From assembly GCA_964016885.1 (NCBI GenBank), contig CAXHJY010000517.1, positions 1 through 64,000 on the forward strand: a stretch of DNA of 64,000 nucleotides, in the 5' to 3' direction. This stretch comes from Eledone cirrhosa. Lineage: Eukaryota. Shown piece after piece: positions 1 through 12,964 of this stretch. How positions within the stretch are numbered: the first letter of the stretch is position 1; each line of letters opens with the position of its first letter. The notes under the pieces are model-generated. The model saw only the letters and a program-made list of their open reading frames with translations. It was not told the DNA's origin and did not search any database. The position numbers were made by a program, and so were the translations under genes.

Positions 1-128
1 CTCTTCCCTCCTTCTCTCTCTCTCGCTATGTGTGTGTGTCTCTCTCTCTTTCTTTCTTTCCCTCCCCCTTCTCTCTCTCTCTCATCGTCTCTCTCTATAT
101 ATTTCTTCCCCTTCTCTCTCGCTCTCTA

Positions 129-202
<74 letters not shown>

Positions 203-245
203 CTCTATCTCTCTATCTATCTATCACATTCTCCTCTCTCTCCTA
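1..245. repeat. (CT)n/(CTAT)n microsatellite
   Basis: Direct reading. The SLSL ORFs here are artefacts. Confidence 0.95.
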
Positions 246-697
246 ACCACCTATGTTTTATTGTATCTATATCTGTTTCTCTTAGAAATGGTTGACAATA
301 AATTCTACCGTTATTTCATGAAAAGCTTTTATTAGAAACCCTGCAAAATTTTGGCCTCCATAAAAAGAAGTAAAAAACTCACACAAAAATATAGAAGAAA
401 GAATAACTTCCTTCATATTCGCTCAATTAAGATGAGTTCGTGTAAAGTAGTTATACATGGTTGCTTTCCTGGTTAATAGCAGGATTAATGCTCTTCTTGT
501 ATCAAATGGGCTTTAGATAGTTTCAACATTGCATTAAACCTTCCCTCGTAATAGCAGGCAAGAAACTATGCTGGTTCCTTTATTTATCAACAACAAAATT
601 CTTCGATTTCAGAACTTCGTCATACTGTTTATTGCCTAGCAACGTGTTAATACTGAGTTTCTGCCATGATAATAAGTTTCAAAACCAACATTATATG

Positions 698-900
<203 letters not shown>

Positions 901-991
901 ATAAAAGGTAAACAGAAATAACAACACAGTCGGTACAGTATATATATGGAAGGTATATATTAGGTTAACGCTTGATATAGCAGGAAGAGGG

Positions 992-1027
992 TCTTAACGT
1001 TTCGGACGCTAGTCCTTCATCAGAAGA
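992..1027 (-). ncRNA. Minimal type-I hammerhead ribozyme motif (family A) in a Penelope-type terminal repeat (~900-1030)
   Basis: Minus strand reads TCTT-CTGATGA-A-GGAC(TAGC)GTCC-GAAA-CG-TT-AAGA: stem I TCTT/AAGA, core, 4-bp stem II, palindromic AACGTT stem III. The downstream ~90 nt are homologous to 34240-34330. Confidence 0.75.
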
Positions 1028-1472
1028 AAGAATGAGAAATAAAATAGATTGAGGGGACGGGCGGGATGGAATTGGAAAAAATGGAATTAGATAAAAATAA
1101 CAGGTCCATTCATGTTGACATCTCTTGCAAAACTGTTGGTGCTGGCGTTTTATGTATGATTTGTTTTTTAGAAGTGTGTATATGTGTGTGTGAGAGAAAG
1201 AGAGAGTCCCGATTTCAATCGGAGGTAATCACAGTTAGTAAGGTACTCGATACATTAGTAGAGTGTAAAAATCATGTTTAATATAGAATTGCCTTCTACA
1301 GGAGTAGAACTATTTCAGTCAAAAGAAATTATCAGGGAAGCCCATATATATATATATATATATATACTATCTTAGTACCCGTCAAAAATGACGAGGTTTC
1401 TAAAACTATTTAGTTTAATAATTCCTTTATTAGAAGTTTCTATGTAAACATGCTTGAGTTCACAATTTTCCC

Positions 1473-1786
1473 ATGCTCCACCCCAGCCAGTTTTATGAAA
1501 GGTGGGTGAAAGTGGCGAGAATGGCCCGTGTGAATGGGCCTTCTCTCTATATCAGCCTGTAGGCGAAAAAGATGGAAGAACAAGGGAGCATCCTCTCTCT
1601 GTGCGCCTGAGGAGAAGGGTTGCACACTTTTTCGGGGGGGGCGATCCCCCAAAACGCCTCCTCCCTATTGAGGACTTTATTGTTAATTTTATATTTGTTA
1701 TTTGTTTTTTTTACTCGTTCTTTTGTGTAAACTCCCCCCTTTGTATTTGTCCCCTTCTTTTGCGCCCTCGTGGTAATAAATAGAAA
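1473..1786 (+). mobile_element. Tx1/L1-clade LINE, 5'-truncated 3' end (copy 0)
   Basis: Matches the last codons (FYERWVKVARMARVNGPSLYISL*) and 3'UTR of the two downstream copies. Ends AATAAATAGAAA then TATCTATCTATC. Confidence 0.9.
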
Positions 1787-2005
1787 CATATCTATCTATC
1801 TCGGAGAAGGTAGACGTGTTTTTGTTTCGCTCCTGCATTTTGACGGAATTTATTACAACAAGCTGTAGGTCTGTTTAAGTAATTTGTTATTTGTTGTGTT
1901 TAACCCCTCGCCTGGGCCTGCAGACGTTGGGTAAAATAAATTTCGCCCCCTTTTGGGGCGAAATTTAATAGTTATAAGTTGTCGATAAAAAGTCATTTAG
2001 TGACA

Positions 2006-3828
2006 ATGGACGCCATTAATACGACGCATGCCACGCTCCCCAAGGAAAGTGATAGAGAGAAGGTAGCAGCACAACGCTGTAAGCCTTCCCTCCTCACTCC
2101 CGCAAAAGACACCACGGAATCAAAAGAAAAAATTGTGGAAATGGGTGAAAACCCCAAAAGTAACAATTACACAAACAAGAACACCAATGACAATAACAAC
2201 ACAACCAACAACAGCAACAATGTCAATAACAACACAACCAACAACAGCAACAATGTCAATAACAACACAACCAACAACAGCAATAATGACAACACCAACA
2301 AAGGAAAAAAGCAAGCCAACACGAATAACAACAACAACAATGATAACAACATGAAAGAAAACGTACCCACAGCTACAGTCTCCTTCGCACAAGCGGTCCG
2401 AGAAACGCAGACATACAAGGCACTGGAGATCTCGAATGCCAAGAAATTGCTGAAAGAAGCAAGGAATTGTGTAAATTACCTCCCCAAAGAAATTAGAAGG
2501 GACACAGTCCTCAGGACTGTAATCTTTAGGACAGTTTCGAACACGACTAGAAAAGCGGCTCAATTGTCCCAAAGCGAAATTGAGCTGGTCCTAAGTAGTG
2601 CCTGGAAGGATATCGCTTTCATACAGAAAGGGAAACTGTATGGAAGCATATCTGTTTTAATGCAAGATGAATTGGCAGCACGGAAATATTCTGTGTCGCC
2701 AATTGTATCCAAAGCATACACCTTTTTCCCCACATATTTGGGGAAAAGAACTCAAAAGATAAGAATCTCTGGCATCAGGCCAAATGCGAGCATTTGGTGG
2801 GTGCTAACGGAATTCTTAGAAGATGAGGACACAATCTTTTCCACCGGTGGCGTATTCGGCGGCAATAGCCTTGAAGTTCTGGTCCAAATGAGACCAGAAC
2901 GGATAGCAAGAATACCGCAGCGTGTGTCCCTGGATGGAGTCGCCTTCATAAACATTTCTGTTGAGGGCAGGCGGCCTTCATTCTACCACTGTTCAAGAAG
3001 TGGTCACCTGAGGGCTTTCTGTCCTCTTTTAAATCCCCCCCAGAAAAAAGACGCTTCTGCCCACCCCACACACAACACCATAACCACCACCACCACCACA
3101 ACAACAACACGAAAAAATAACAACACAAGACACTGTCCCACCCAACCCCTCCCCACCTAAAACAAATACAAAAACAACCACAACAAAACCACAAAATATA
3201 CCCCTCCCCAACAACACGGATGAGGACCCCTTATCAACGTCACCCAGTGACGACGAGGGAGAACCCTTTCAACCTGTAAAAGAAGGCACCACATTAACAA
3301 AAATGCAACAAACACACAACCACCAGCACAAACATCACAAACATCACAAACAAAAAAAACCCACCCCTCCCGAAAACATAACACATACTACAAAACGCAA
3401 ACACACACAAGAACAACAAACAAAAACAAACACAACACAAAATAAAACAGCATACATACATCAACACAAACAACAAAACACTTGTGCAAACAATAGACAA
3501 AGACCCTTCGGTGGAAACCGAAGGGAAAATGTTAACCAACGCGCCGACTAAACCGCATTTAAAAATGATTAGGGTCCCAAGGGACACCTACGCAATGCTC
3601 AAACAGACCTTTCCCAAGGACGTGGGGAACCCCTGTACTAGACCTAGCAACTGCGTCCTCTTGAAATGTTTCCCCACCACCACCCCAGACACCCCTCCAC
3701 CACCAAACACCCCCACCCCACCACACACTGATGTCCCCATCACATCCCAAACCACCACTCCACCAAACAACCCCCCCGACAACCCCATGGAAATTGTGCA
3801 GCCTGGTCCCCAGGAGAAGGACAAGTAG
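2006..3828 (+). pseudogene. Tx1 ORF1 (gag-like, CCHC knuckle), frameshifted
   Basis: FYHCSRSGHLRAFC knuckle (copy 2 has CYHCISRGHLRASC). The C-terminus PMEIVQPGPQE is shared with copy 2. Split across ORFs 1979-3160 and 3484-3828. Confidence 0.85.
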
Positions 3829-3871
3829 GTGTCTTTTCCTTTTTCTCCACTCTAAACTCTTCACCACCAAC

Positions 3872-6800
3872 ATGGCTGTTATAAGAGTTGGATGTTTAAA
3901 TGTGCACGGCCTGGGGATGTCCTGGAAGCAGAGCAAACTCTTAAATGACCTCAGGTCGCACAGAATGGATGTCATAGCTATTTGTCCAGGATCAGCAGCG
4001 AGCACCAACTGGCCCCCATCTTCGACGACTTTAAGATCTATGCATCTCTCTGTCAGCCGGGGGGTAGGGGCGGCGTGGTCGTTCTGCTACGAAAACACCT
4101 GGGCCTTGCAACACGGAAGGTACACCTGGACCCGGAGGGTCGACTGGTGGTTCTAGACGTAGGCAGTAGTGAAGGTGGAGCCTTCAGGCTGGTGGCAGCG
4201 TATGCCCCATCTGGGACACCGCGACCGGACTTCTTCCAACGCCTAGAGACTTTTCAGGGAACGTCTCGCTCCTTGCTTTTAGTGGGAGACTGGAATGGTA
4301 TCCTGGATGCACGTTGGGACTATGTAGGGGCATGTCCCGATAGAGGAAGGTGTAACAGCCTCAAACGGTTAATCGGTCGATTTGATCTGGCCGATAGATA
4401 TCGACTAGATTTTCCGACTGTGCCACTGTGGACGTGGACTAATCTCAGCGGAACATCTAGGTCGTACCTAGATAGGTTCCTAGTTAGAAATAAGGATAGG
4501 GACATTTTAACCTGTCCAGGAATGTTCATGGTTGACAATTCGGATCACAAGTTGGTGACCGGAGTGGTCAACCTTGATAGAACCCAGACAAGGACCCGGT
4601 TACTGGAAGCTAAACTTGTCCTTACCGACAAACAAAGCTTACAGTAAGTGGATTAGCACTCTAGTTAAGCAGCGGTTGACGGGGGCAATTGTTAACAGCA
4701 GGTGGTGGGGCTCTCTCAAGAGAGAAATGAGAATAGAATCGATAGGTTTTAGTCAGGAATTAGCATCAGATAGGAATAGAACTGAAAGGGAATTGATAGA
4801 TAGAGTAGAAAAGGCGATTAGGAGGGGCAACGTGGCCGGCGTGCTGGCGTCAAGAACGGCCCTAGACCAGTTCTTTGACGCGAAGTACGAGGGCTGTGTT
4901 GTCAGGAGTAAAATACATGCTTTTGGTAACGAGGGAGCCAAAGCTGTTAGCTGGGCCCGAGTGACAGAGGCAAAATGTGGAAACAAGTCCACGATTCGGT
5001 CTTTGAAGTACCAGGATGGATACGTGATCCTTGAACCTGAGCGGATGTGCGCGGCCTTTCAACGGCGCTTTGCACGACTGTTCGGGAGGGGCGGCGGGCT
5101 GGGTGAGGCCATGGATTTCGGTCCATACTTCGACGGTCTGCCGCGGCTCTCGGACGAGGAGGCTAAGTCCTGCGAAAGGCCGATTTCAGCCGCTGAAATA
5201 GGGGACGCGCTGAGCCTATGCGGCAAACGCAAATCTCCGGATCTCGATGGTCTACCATACGAACTTTATGTAGCGATGTCGGACTTGTTCACGGGTCTCC
5301 TCGAGGCGGTCTACTGCAACTGGCAACAGAACGGGAGAATTCCCAGTTCTGTGATCAAGGGCGTAGTCACGCTGGTGAGGAAGGACGAGAACAAGGGGGA
5401 TGACATAGATAACTTCAGGCCCATAACTCTGCTAAACACAGAGTTAAAAATTTTGGCCAAGGTGTTAACGAAGAGGTTGGCGCTTGTCGTCGGGAACCTG
5501 GTGGGAGAAGTGCAGACATGCGCAATCCCGTCCAGGTCCATACACGACAACTTCCACCTCATGCGATACATCGTAAAGAGGGTAGGGAACGAACCCGGCT
5601 TTGGAGGGGCCCTGATCAACTTGGATCAATCTAAGGCGTTCGATAGGGTCGACCATCGGTTCCTGGATGCGGTGCTCGCAGCGGCAGGCTTCGGACCCGT
5701 TTTAAGGGGCTGGATTGCTGCAATGCAGCAACACCTGATCGAGGGTCAAGGTGAACGGCTACCTCTCGGAGCCGTTCCAAATCGCGCGTCCATCCGACAG
5801 GGATGCCTTCTCTCCTCCCTTCTGTATGTGCTGACTCTCGAGCCATTATTGCGGAAGTTGGAGCTGTTGCAGGGAATCCCCTTGGAACCGGGATTGCGGA
5901 AAGCGGTATCGGCCTACGCCGATGACGTGACAGTAATGGTGTCGTGCGCCTCGGAAATCGGGCAGATCGGCATTTTAGTGGAGGAATACGAAAGGTTTAC
6001 AGGAGCGAAGCTGAACCGGGACAAGTCCGTCGGTTTGCAACTCGGAACGTGGAGAGGCAAACCGATGCCCTCTGACGGCGTCGTCAGACGCTGGACGGAG
6101 GGACCGGTGAAGCTGCTCGGGGCCTGGTTCGGACCGGACCGCCAGGTGAAGAAAAACTGGGACGAGGTAACTGGCAGGGTGTTTGCACTCGCCCAGAAGT
6201 GGGCCGAGTGCAAACTATCCCTGAAAGGTCGAGCGGAGGTGGCGAACGCTTATACAGCGTCCGTCATCTACTACCGCTTGACCGTCGTGCCTTGCCCAGC
6301 GAAAACGCTCGCCAAAATGGAGCGCGCTCTTCCGATTCCTTTGGAAGAAGCGGGCCCCTTTGGTGAGAAGATCCATCTGCTGTCAACACCCTTCGAACGG
6401 AGGGCTGGGGATGCCGTGGCTTACGATGTCTAGACACGCATTAAGGCTACGGCACCTCCAGGTATTCCTCACCGGTCAGCCGGTGTGGGCCCCTTTTGTG
6501 AGGTGAGCCTTTCCGAGACTCGTCTCACTCACCGAGCGCAATCCTGGGTTAAGCAAAGACCAAGAACAGTGGGCGACTGGCACATTGAATGTGCCCAGCC
6601 ACTCACGGCCCTCTGGCAAGCGGATCCGGCAATCAGTGGAGACTCAACCTCAACATTCTATAGAGGGTTGGTGCGCAGCAAGTGCGACGACGCTCTCGGA
6701 GAGGCTCTGGGCATGGAGGAAGACGAGCTAGCCAGTCTGTTCGGTAGGACGTTTGGCCCAGAACCGATGGACAACTTCCAAAAGTCCCTGGTTTGGCAGT

Positions 6801-7294
6801 GCTACCGAGGAGCTCTACCCGTTCGGGACATGCTTTACAGACTAGGGCGCCCGGGTAGGGACCCCTCGAAGAAGATGTCCGAGATGCGTGCGTGACGAGG
6901 AAACCGTCGCGCACGCATTCGTACACTGCCCGGGCATTGCTGACCTGTGGGGCTGTGTGGAACGACTACTGTCGCGGGTGGGACCAATCCGGTTGACCAC
7001 TAAGTACATTGTCACGATCACCCCCCCCCCCCCCCCTTCAAAAACGAGGGAGAGGCGGTTTTCCTCTGTGTGATAGCTATGGCGAAAGAGGTTGTATGGT
7101 GGACGAGGTTGAAAGGGCTGAGGTCAGACACTTTTCTCTCCGGTCAACAACTGGTCCTTTTTTTCAACTACCATTTTGGAAGAAGGATCAGAATGTAGAG
7201 AGAGGTGCTCTACCCCAGCAAGTTTTATGAAAGATGGGTGAAAGTGGCGAGAATGGCCCGAGTGAATGGGCCTTCTCTCTATATCACCCTGTAG
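3872..7294 (+). pseudogene. Tx1 ORF2 (APE endonuclease + reverse transcriptase + zinc motif), frameshifted
   Basis: CLNVHGL, YAP, GDWN, YLDR, SDH (APE); GPGYWKLN; FRPITLLN, DQSKAFDRVDH, IRQGC, YADD (RT); CPRC..EETVAHAFVHC. Confidence 0.92.
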
Positions 7295-7773
7295 GTGAAA
7301 GAGGAGAGGAAGGCGGAGAGGAAGGGAGTACCCACTCTTTGTGCTCCTGAGGAGGAGGGTGGCACATTTTTTTCGGGGGTGTGTGCGACCAACGTCAATT
7401 GAGGAGTTCGATTGTTGAATTTGATTTGTTATATGTTTTTACACGTCCCTTGAAATGTATGTAAACTCCCCCTCTTGTATTTGTCCCAATCTTTGATGCC
7501 CTGGTGGCAAATAAATAGAAAGTTATCTATCTATCTATCTAGCTAGCTCTCTACCAGACGTGTGTAACTTCGCGGAGAAGTTTCCGTTAATTTATGTAGG
7601 AAAAAAACGTGAGTTTTCAGTTAAATTTTATATTATTGTGTAACTTCACCCCCCGTCTGGACCTTCAGGTGGTGGGTCAACTCATTTTCGTCCCTACAGG
7701 AGCGAAATATTCGTTTGAAAAATATTTTCTCCATCGAATTTGGGAAAAATATCGTAAGAAGTTTGATTACGTT

Positions 7774-9700
7774 ATGAACGCTGCATTCGACGATAATGGT
7801 GGTGGAGAGTCGGTAACACTACATAGTTCGCAGTCAACATCGTCTTCTTCCCTATATACTATGGAGATGGAAAGACGAAATGAAATTGTAAAAACAAATT
7901 CATATCCAAACAACACAAATGACACCAACCAGTACAATGACAACAAAAATAACAACACCAATAATGATGATAAAAACAACAATGACAACAACAACAAAGA
8001 AAAAAATTAAGACAACACCAATAATACCAGCATCAAAGACAACAACAACACCAACACCAACACCAAGGAAAATACGAATAATATCAACATCAGTGACAAC
8101 AAGAATAACAACAAGAATAACAACAATAATGACAACACCACCAACACGGATAATTCCACAAAGAAACCAAAAGTTTCTTTGCACAGACAGTTCAGAAAAA
8201 GGAGGAACTGACATATATTGACATAACAAATGCCGAACAACTTTTAAAGGACGCTAGGAGATATGTCACTTTCGAAAAGAATGGTGCTTTCAGCATCAAT
8301 TCTCCGGTAGAAATTCGCAAGGAAACTGCTCTCAAAACGATAGTTTTTAGGACAGTTTCCAATTCTACCCGAAAACTAGTGCAATTCTCACAGAAGGAAA
8401 TTGAACTGGTTTTCAAAAATTCAATGAATGATATTTCATTCATTCAAAGAAGCAAACTCTTTGGGAGTATTTCGGTACTCATGAAGGATCAATTGACGGC
8501 CCAAAATTACTCTGTGTCGCCAATTGTATCCAACCTGTATACCTTTTTCCCTACATACATGGGAAAAAGGACACAAAAGATTAAAATCACGAGTGTCACA
8601 CGAAAGGTGAACATATGGTGGATACTGTGCGGCTTCATCAATTTTGATGAAGACAAAATACTGTCAGTAGGAAAAACCCCCAGAGATGTATTGAATGGGA
8701 CTAGCGTTGAAGTTCTGGTGCAAATGAGCCCAGAGCGAATAGCTATGATCCCACAACGTCTACTCCTGGACGGACTCACCTACATAAACTTTTCGGTTGA
8801 GGGTAGGCGGCCTTCATGTTACCATTGCATTAGCAGGGGTCACCTGAGGGCTTCCTGTCCTAAATTAATGAGTAAAAAAAAGGCTCTTCTGCCGACACCC
8901 ATCAAAACAACACAACCACCAACACCACCACAACAACAACAACACCAACACACAAAAATAACCACAACAAACACAGTCCCACCCAACCCCACTCTACCTA
9001 AAACCACTGCAAAATCACATACAGGCACAACAGCTCCTCAAGACATACCCCTCCCCAATCACACAGACAATACAACAGATGAGGCTATCTCGCCATCACC
9101 CAGTGAAGACGAGGGAGAACCCATCGCTCGAAAAGAAAGAAAAGACATCACAAAAGCAAAAAACCAGCAAACACTACCACAAACATACAACCACCAACAC
9201 AAACAACAAAAACATCACAAACAAAATCCCCGCCTCCTGAAAACAAAATTCCTACAACAAAACGAAAGCACACACAAGAACTACAGACAAAAACAAACAC
9301 AACACAAGAAAATTACACTTACACTTACATAAACACTGAAAACAAAACACTAATGGAGACCACCAGGAACGACCCTTCGGTGAAAACCGAAGTGAAAACT
9401 TTCGCCCACTCTATTAAAAATAACAAAAAACTGAACCTAAAACTGATTAGGGTCCCTATACAAACTTACAGGTCCCTAAAAGAAACATTTGAGAAGGATG
9501 TGGGGAATTCCTGCGTGAAACCACTTAACCGCGTCCTTCTCAAATGTCTCCCCACCCCAGACAGCCCCATCCCACCAGACCCCACCCCACCAAACATCTC
9601 CGTCCCCACCCCGCCGGAAACTACCACCCATCGAGACAACCCCTCCAACACCCCCATGGAAATCGTGCGGCCTGGTCCCCAGGAGACGAAGGGTGAGTGA
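7774..9700 (+). pseudogene. Tx1 ORF1, frameshifted
   Basis: Asn-rich N-terminus, FFPTYMGKRTQKI, CYHCISRGHLRASC, homologous to copy 1 ORF1. Confidence 0.85.
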
Positions 9701-9733
9701 TCTCTTTTCCTCTTTTAACTTTTCAGCACCAAC

Positions 9734-12700
9734 ATGGCCAATATAAGAGTTGGATGTGTGGACATACGCGGCCTGGGGATGCCCTAGAAACAGGGCAAAC
9801 TCTTAAACGACCTCAGGTCGCACAGTATGGATGTGGTAGCCATTTGCGAGTCCAGGATCCACAGCGAGCGACAGCTGGACCCCATCTTCTATGACTTTGA
9901 GATCTACGCATCTCTCTGTCAACCGGGGGGGGGGAGTTGCCGTTTTTCTGCGGAAACACCTGGACCTCGTAACACAGACGGTACATCTGGACCCGGAGTG
10001 TCGACTGGTGGTCCTAGACGTTGACGGTAGTGAAGGTGGAGCCTTCAGGCTGGTGGCCGCATATGCCCCATCCGGGACACCGCGGCCAGACTTCTTCAAA
10101 CGTCTAGAGACTTTTCTGGGAACGTCCCGCTCCTTGCTTTTAGTGGGGGACTGGAATAGAATCCTTGATGCACGTTGGGACTATGTGGGAGCATGTCCCG
10201 ATAAAGGGGGGTGTAACAGCCTCAAACAGTTAATCGACCGATTTGACCTGGCCGATAGATATCGACTAGATTTTCCGACTGTGCCACTGTTGACGTGGAG
10301 TAATCGTAGCGGAACATCTAGATCGTACCTAGATAGGGTTCTAGTTAGAAATAAGGATAGGGACCTGTTAAGCTGTCCACAAATGTTCATGGTTGCCTAT
10401 TCAGATCACAAACTAGTGACCTGCATGGCCAACCTTGATAGAACCCATAGACAAGGACCCGGCTACTGGAAGCTGAACTTGTCGTTACCGACAAGCAAAG
10501 CCTACAGTAGACGGATTAGCACTTTAGTTAAACAGCACTTGACAGGGGCCATTGTCAACAACAGATGGTGGTACTCTCTCAAGCAAGAGGGCAGTTAGAT
10601 TAGACTCGTTAGTTTTTAGTAAAGAATTAGCGTTAGATAGAAATAGAACCGAGAAGGAACTGGTAGATAAAGTAGAAGAGGCAATTAGAAGTGGCAACGT
10701 AGCCAGCGTGCTAGCAACGAGAACGGCCTTGGACCCGTTCTTCGACGCAAAGCACGAGGGCTGCGTTGTCAGAAGCAAAATACGTGCTCTGTGAAATGAG
10801 GGAGCCAAAGCTGTTAGCTGGGCCCGAGTGGCGGAGGCAAAAAGTGGCAACAAGTCCACGATTCGGTCTTTGAAGGACCAAAACGGACGCGTGATACGTC
10901 AGCCGAAGCAGATGTGTGCGGCCTTTCAGCGGCACTTTGCTCAACTGTTCGGGCGGGGCGGCGGGCCGCGAGGGGCTATGGATTTCGGTCTATACCTCGA
11001 CGGCCTACCGCGACTCTCGGACAGCGAGACAAAGTTCTGCTAAAAGCCGATTTCAGCCGCTGAGATAGGGGACGCGCTGAGCCAATGCGGCAAACGCAAA
11101 TCTCCAGGTCTTGACGGTCTACCCTACGAATTTTACGTAGCGATGCCGGACTTATTCTCCGGTCTCCTGGAAGCGGTCTACTGCAACTGGCAACAGAACG
11201 GGAGAATTCCCAGTTCTGTAACCGGGGACGTAGTCACACTAATCAGGAAGGACGAGAATAAGGTGGATGACATAGGCAACTTCCGGTCCATAACTCTGCT
11301 AAACACAGAGTTAAAGATTTTGGCCAAGGCGTTGGCAAAGAGGCTGGCGCTTGTCGTCGGGAACCTGGTGGGGGAAGCGCAGACATGCGCAATCCCGACC
11401 AGGTCCATACACGACATCCTCCACCTCACGTGATACATCATAGAGAGGGTTATGTGTAAACCCGGCTTCAGTGTGGCCCTGATCAACTTGGATCGGTCTA
11501 AGGCTTTCGATGGGGTTGACCATCGTTACCTGGATGCGGTGCTCGAGGCGGCAGGCTTCGGACCCGTGTTCAGGGGCTGGATTGCTGCAATGCACAACAG
11601 CAACATCTGCTCAAGGGTCAAGGTGAACGGCTACCTCTCGGAGCCGTTCCATATTACGCGATCCATTCGACAGGGATGCCCTCTCTCCTCCCTTCTGTAC
11701 GTACTGACTCTCGAGCCACTACTGCGGAAGTTGGAGCTATTGCAGGGCATCCCTCTGGAACTGGGACTGCGGAAAGCGGCGTCGGCCTACGCCGAGGACG
11801 TGACAGTAATGGTGTCGAGCGCCTCGCAAATCGAGGAAGTCGGCTCCTTACTGAGGGACTACGAAAGTTCCATAGGAGCGAAGCTAAACCGGGACAAGTC
11901 CATCGGTTTGCAACTCGGATCGTGGAGAGGCAAACCGATGCCTTCCGATGGCGTCGTCGGACGCTGGACGTAAGGACCGGTAAAGCTGCTCGGGGTCTGG
12001 TTTGGTCCGGTCCTCCAGGTGGAGAAGAACTGGAACGAAGTGACGGCCAAGGTGTTTGCACTCACCCAGAAGTGGGACGAGTGAAAACTATCCTTGAAAG
12101 GTCGAGCGGAGGTGGCGAACACTTTTATAGCGTCCGCCATCTACTACCGCTTGACCCTCGTGCCTTGTCCAGCCAAAACGGTCACCAAAATGGAACGCGC
12201 ACTCTTCCAATTCCTTTGGAAGAGGCTGGCTCCTTTGGTGAGAAGATCCATCTGCTGCCAACACCCTTCTAACGGAGGGCTGGGGTGGCCGTGGCTGACG
12301 ATGCGCAAACACGCGCTCAGGCTGCGGCATCTCTACGTATTCCTCACTGGAAAACCGGTGTGGGCCCCGTTCGTGAGGCGAGCCTTCCTACGACTCGTCT
12401 CGCTGACCGAAAATGGGCGACTGGCACATCGAATATGCTCAGGCGCTCACAACCCTCTGGCAGGCGGACCCGGCGATCAGTGGAGATTCCACTTCGTCAT
12501 TCTATAGAGGGTTGATCCGCAGCAAGTGCGACGACGCGCTCGGTGAAACTCTAGGCGTAGAGGAAGATGAACTGGGCAGTCTGTTCGGTAGGACCTTCCG
12601 CCCGGGACCGATGGACAACTTGCAAAAGTCCCTGGCCTGGCAGTGCTACCGAGGAGCTCTACCAGTTCGAGACAAGCTCATTGTCATGATCAAACCACCA

Positions 12701-12964
12701 CCCTCCTTCAAAAACGAAGGAGAGGCGGTTTTCCTCTGTGTGATAGCTATGGCGAAAGAGGTTGTATGGTGGACAAGGTTGAGAGGGCTGAGGTCAGACA
12801 CCTTTCTCTCCGGCCAACAACTGATTCTTTTTTTCAAATACCACTTTGGAAGAAGAATCAGGATAGAGAGAGAGATGCTGTACCCCAGCAAGTTTTATGA
12901 AAGGTGGGTGAAAGTGGCGAGAATGGCCCGAGTGAATGGGCCTTCTCTCTTTATCAGCCTGTAG
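9734..12964 (+). pseudogene. Tx1 ORF2, disrupted
   Basis: YAP, GDWN, SDH, GPGYWKLN, IRQGCPLS, YAED (from YADD), GGLG; in-frame stops. Confidence 0.9.

Larger units (their letters stand above)
1801..7525 (+). mobile_element. Tx1/L1-clade non-LTR retrotransposon, near full length, degenerate (copy 1)
   Basis: 5'UTR, ORF1 with zinc knuckle, ORF2 with APE, RT and C-terminal Cys motif, 3'UTR with AATAAA then (TATC)n. Confidence 0.93.

Noticed and set aside
1365-1400. CCCGTCA-AAAA-TGACGAG hairpin after (TA)n, Helitron/Helentron-like end
   Set aside because: Single copy, and the other terminus is not identifiable.
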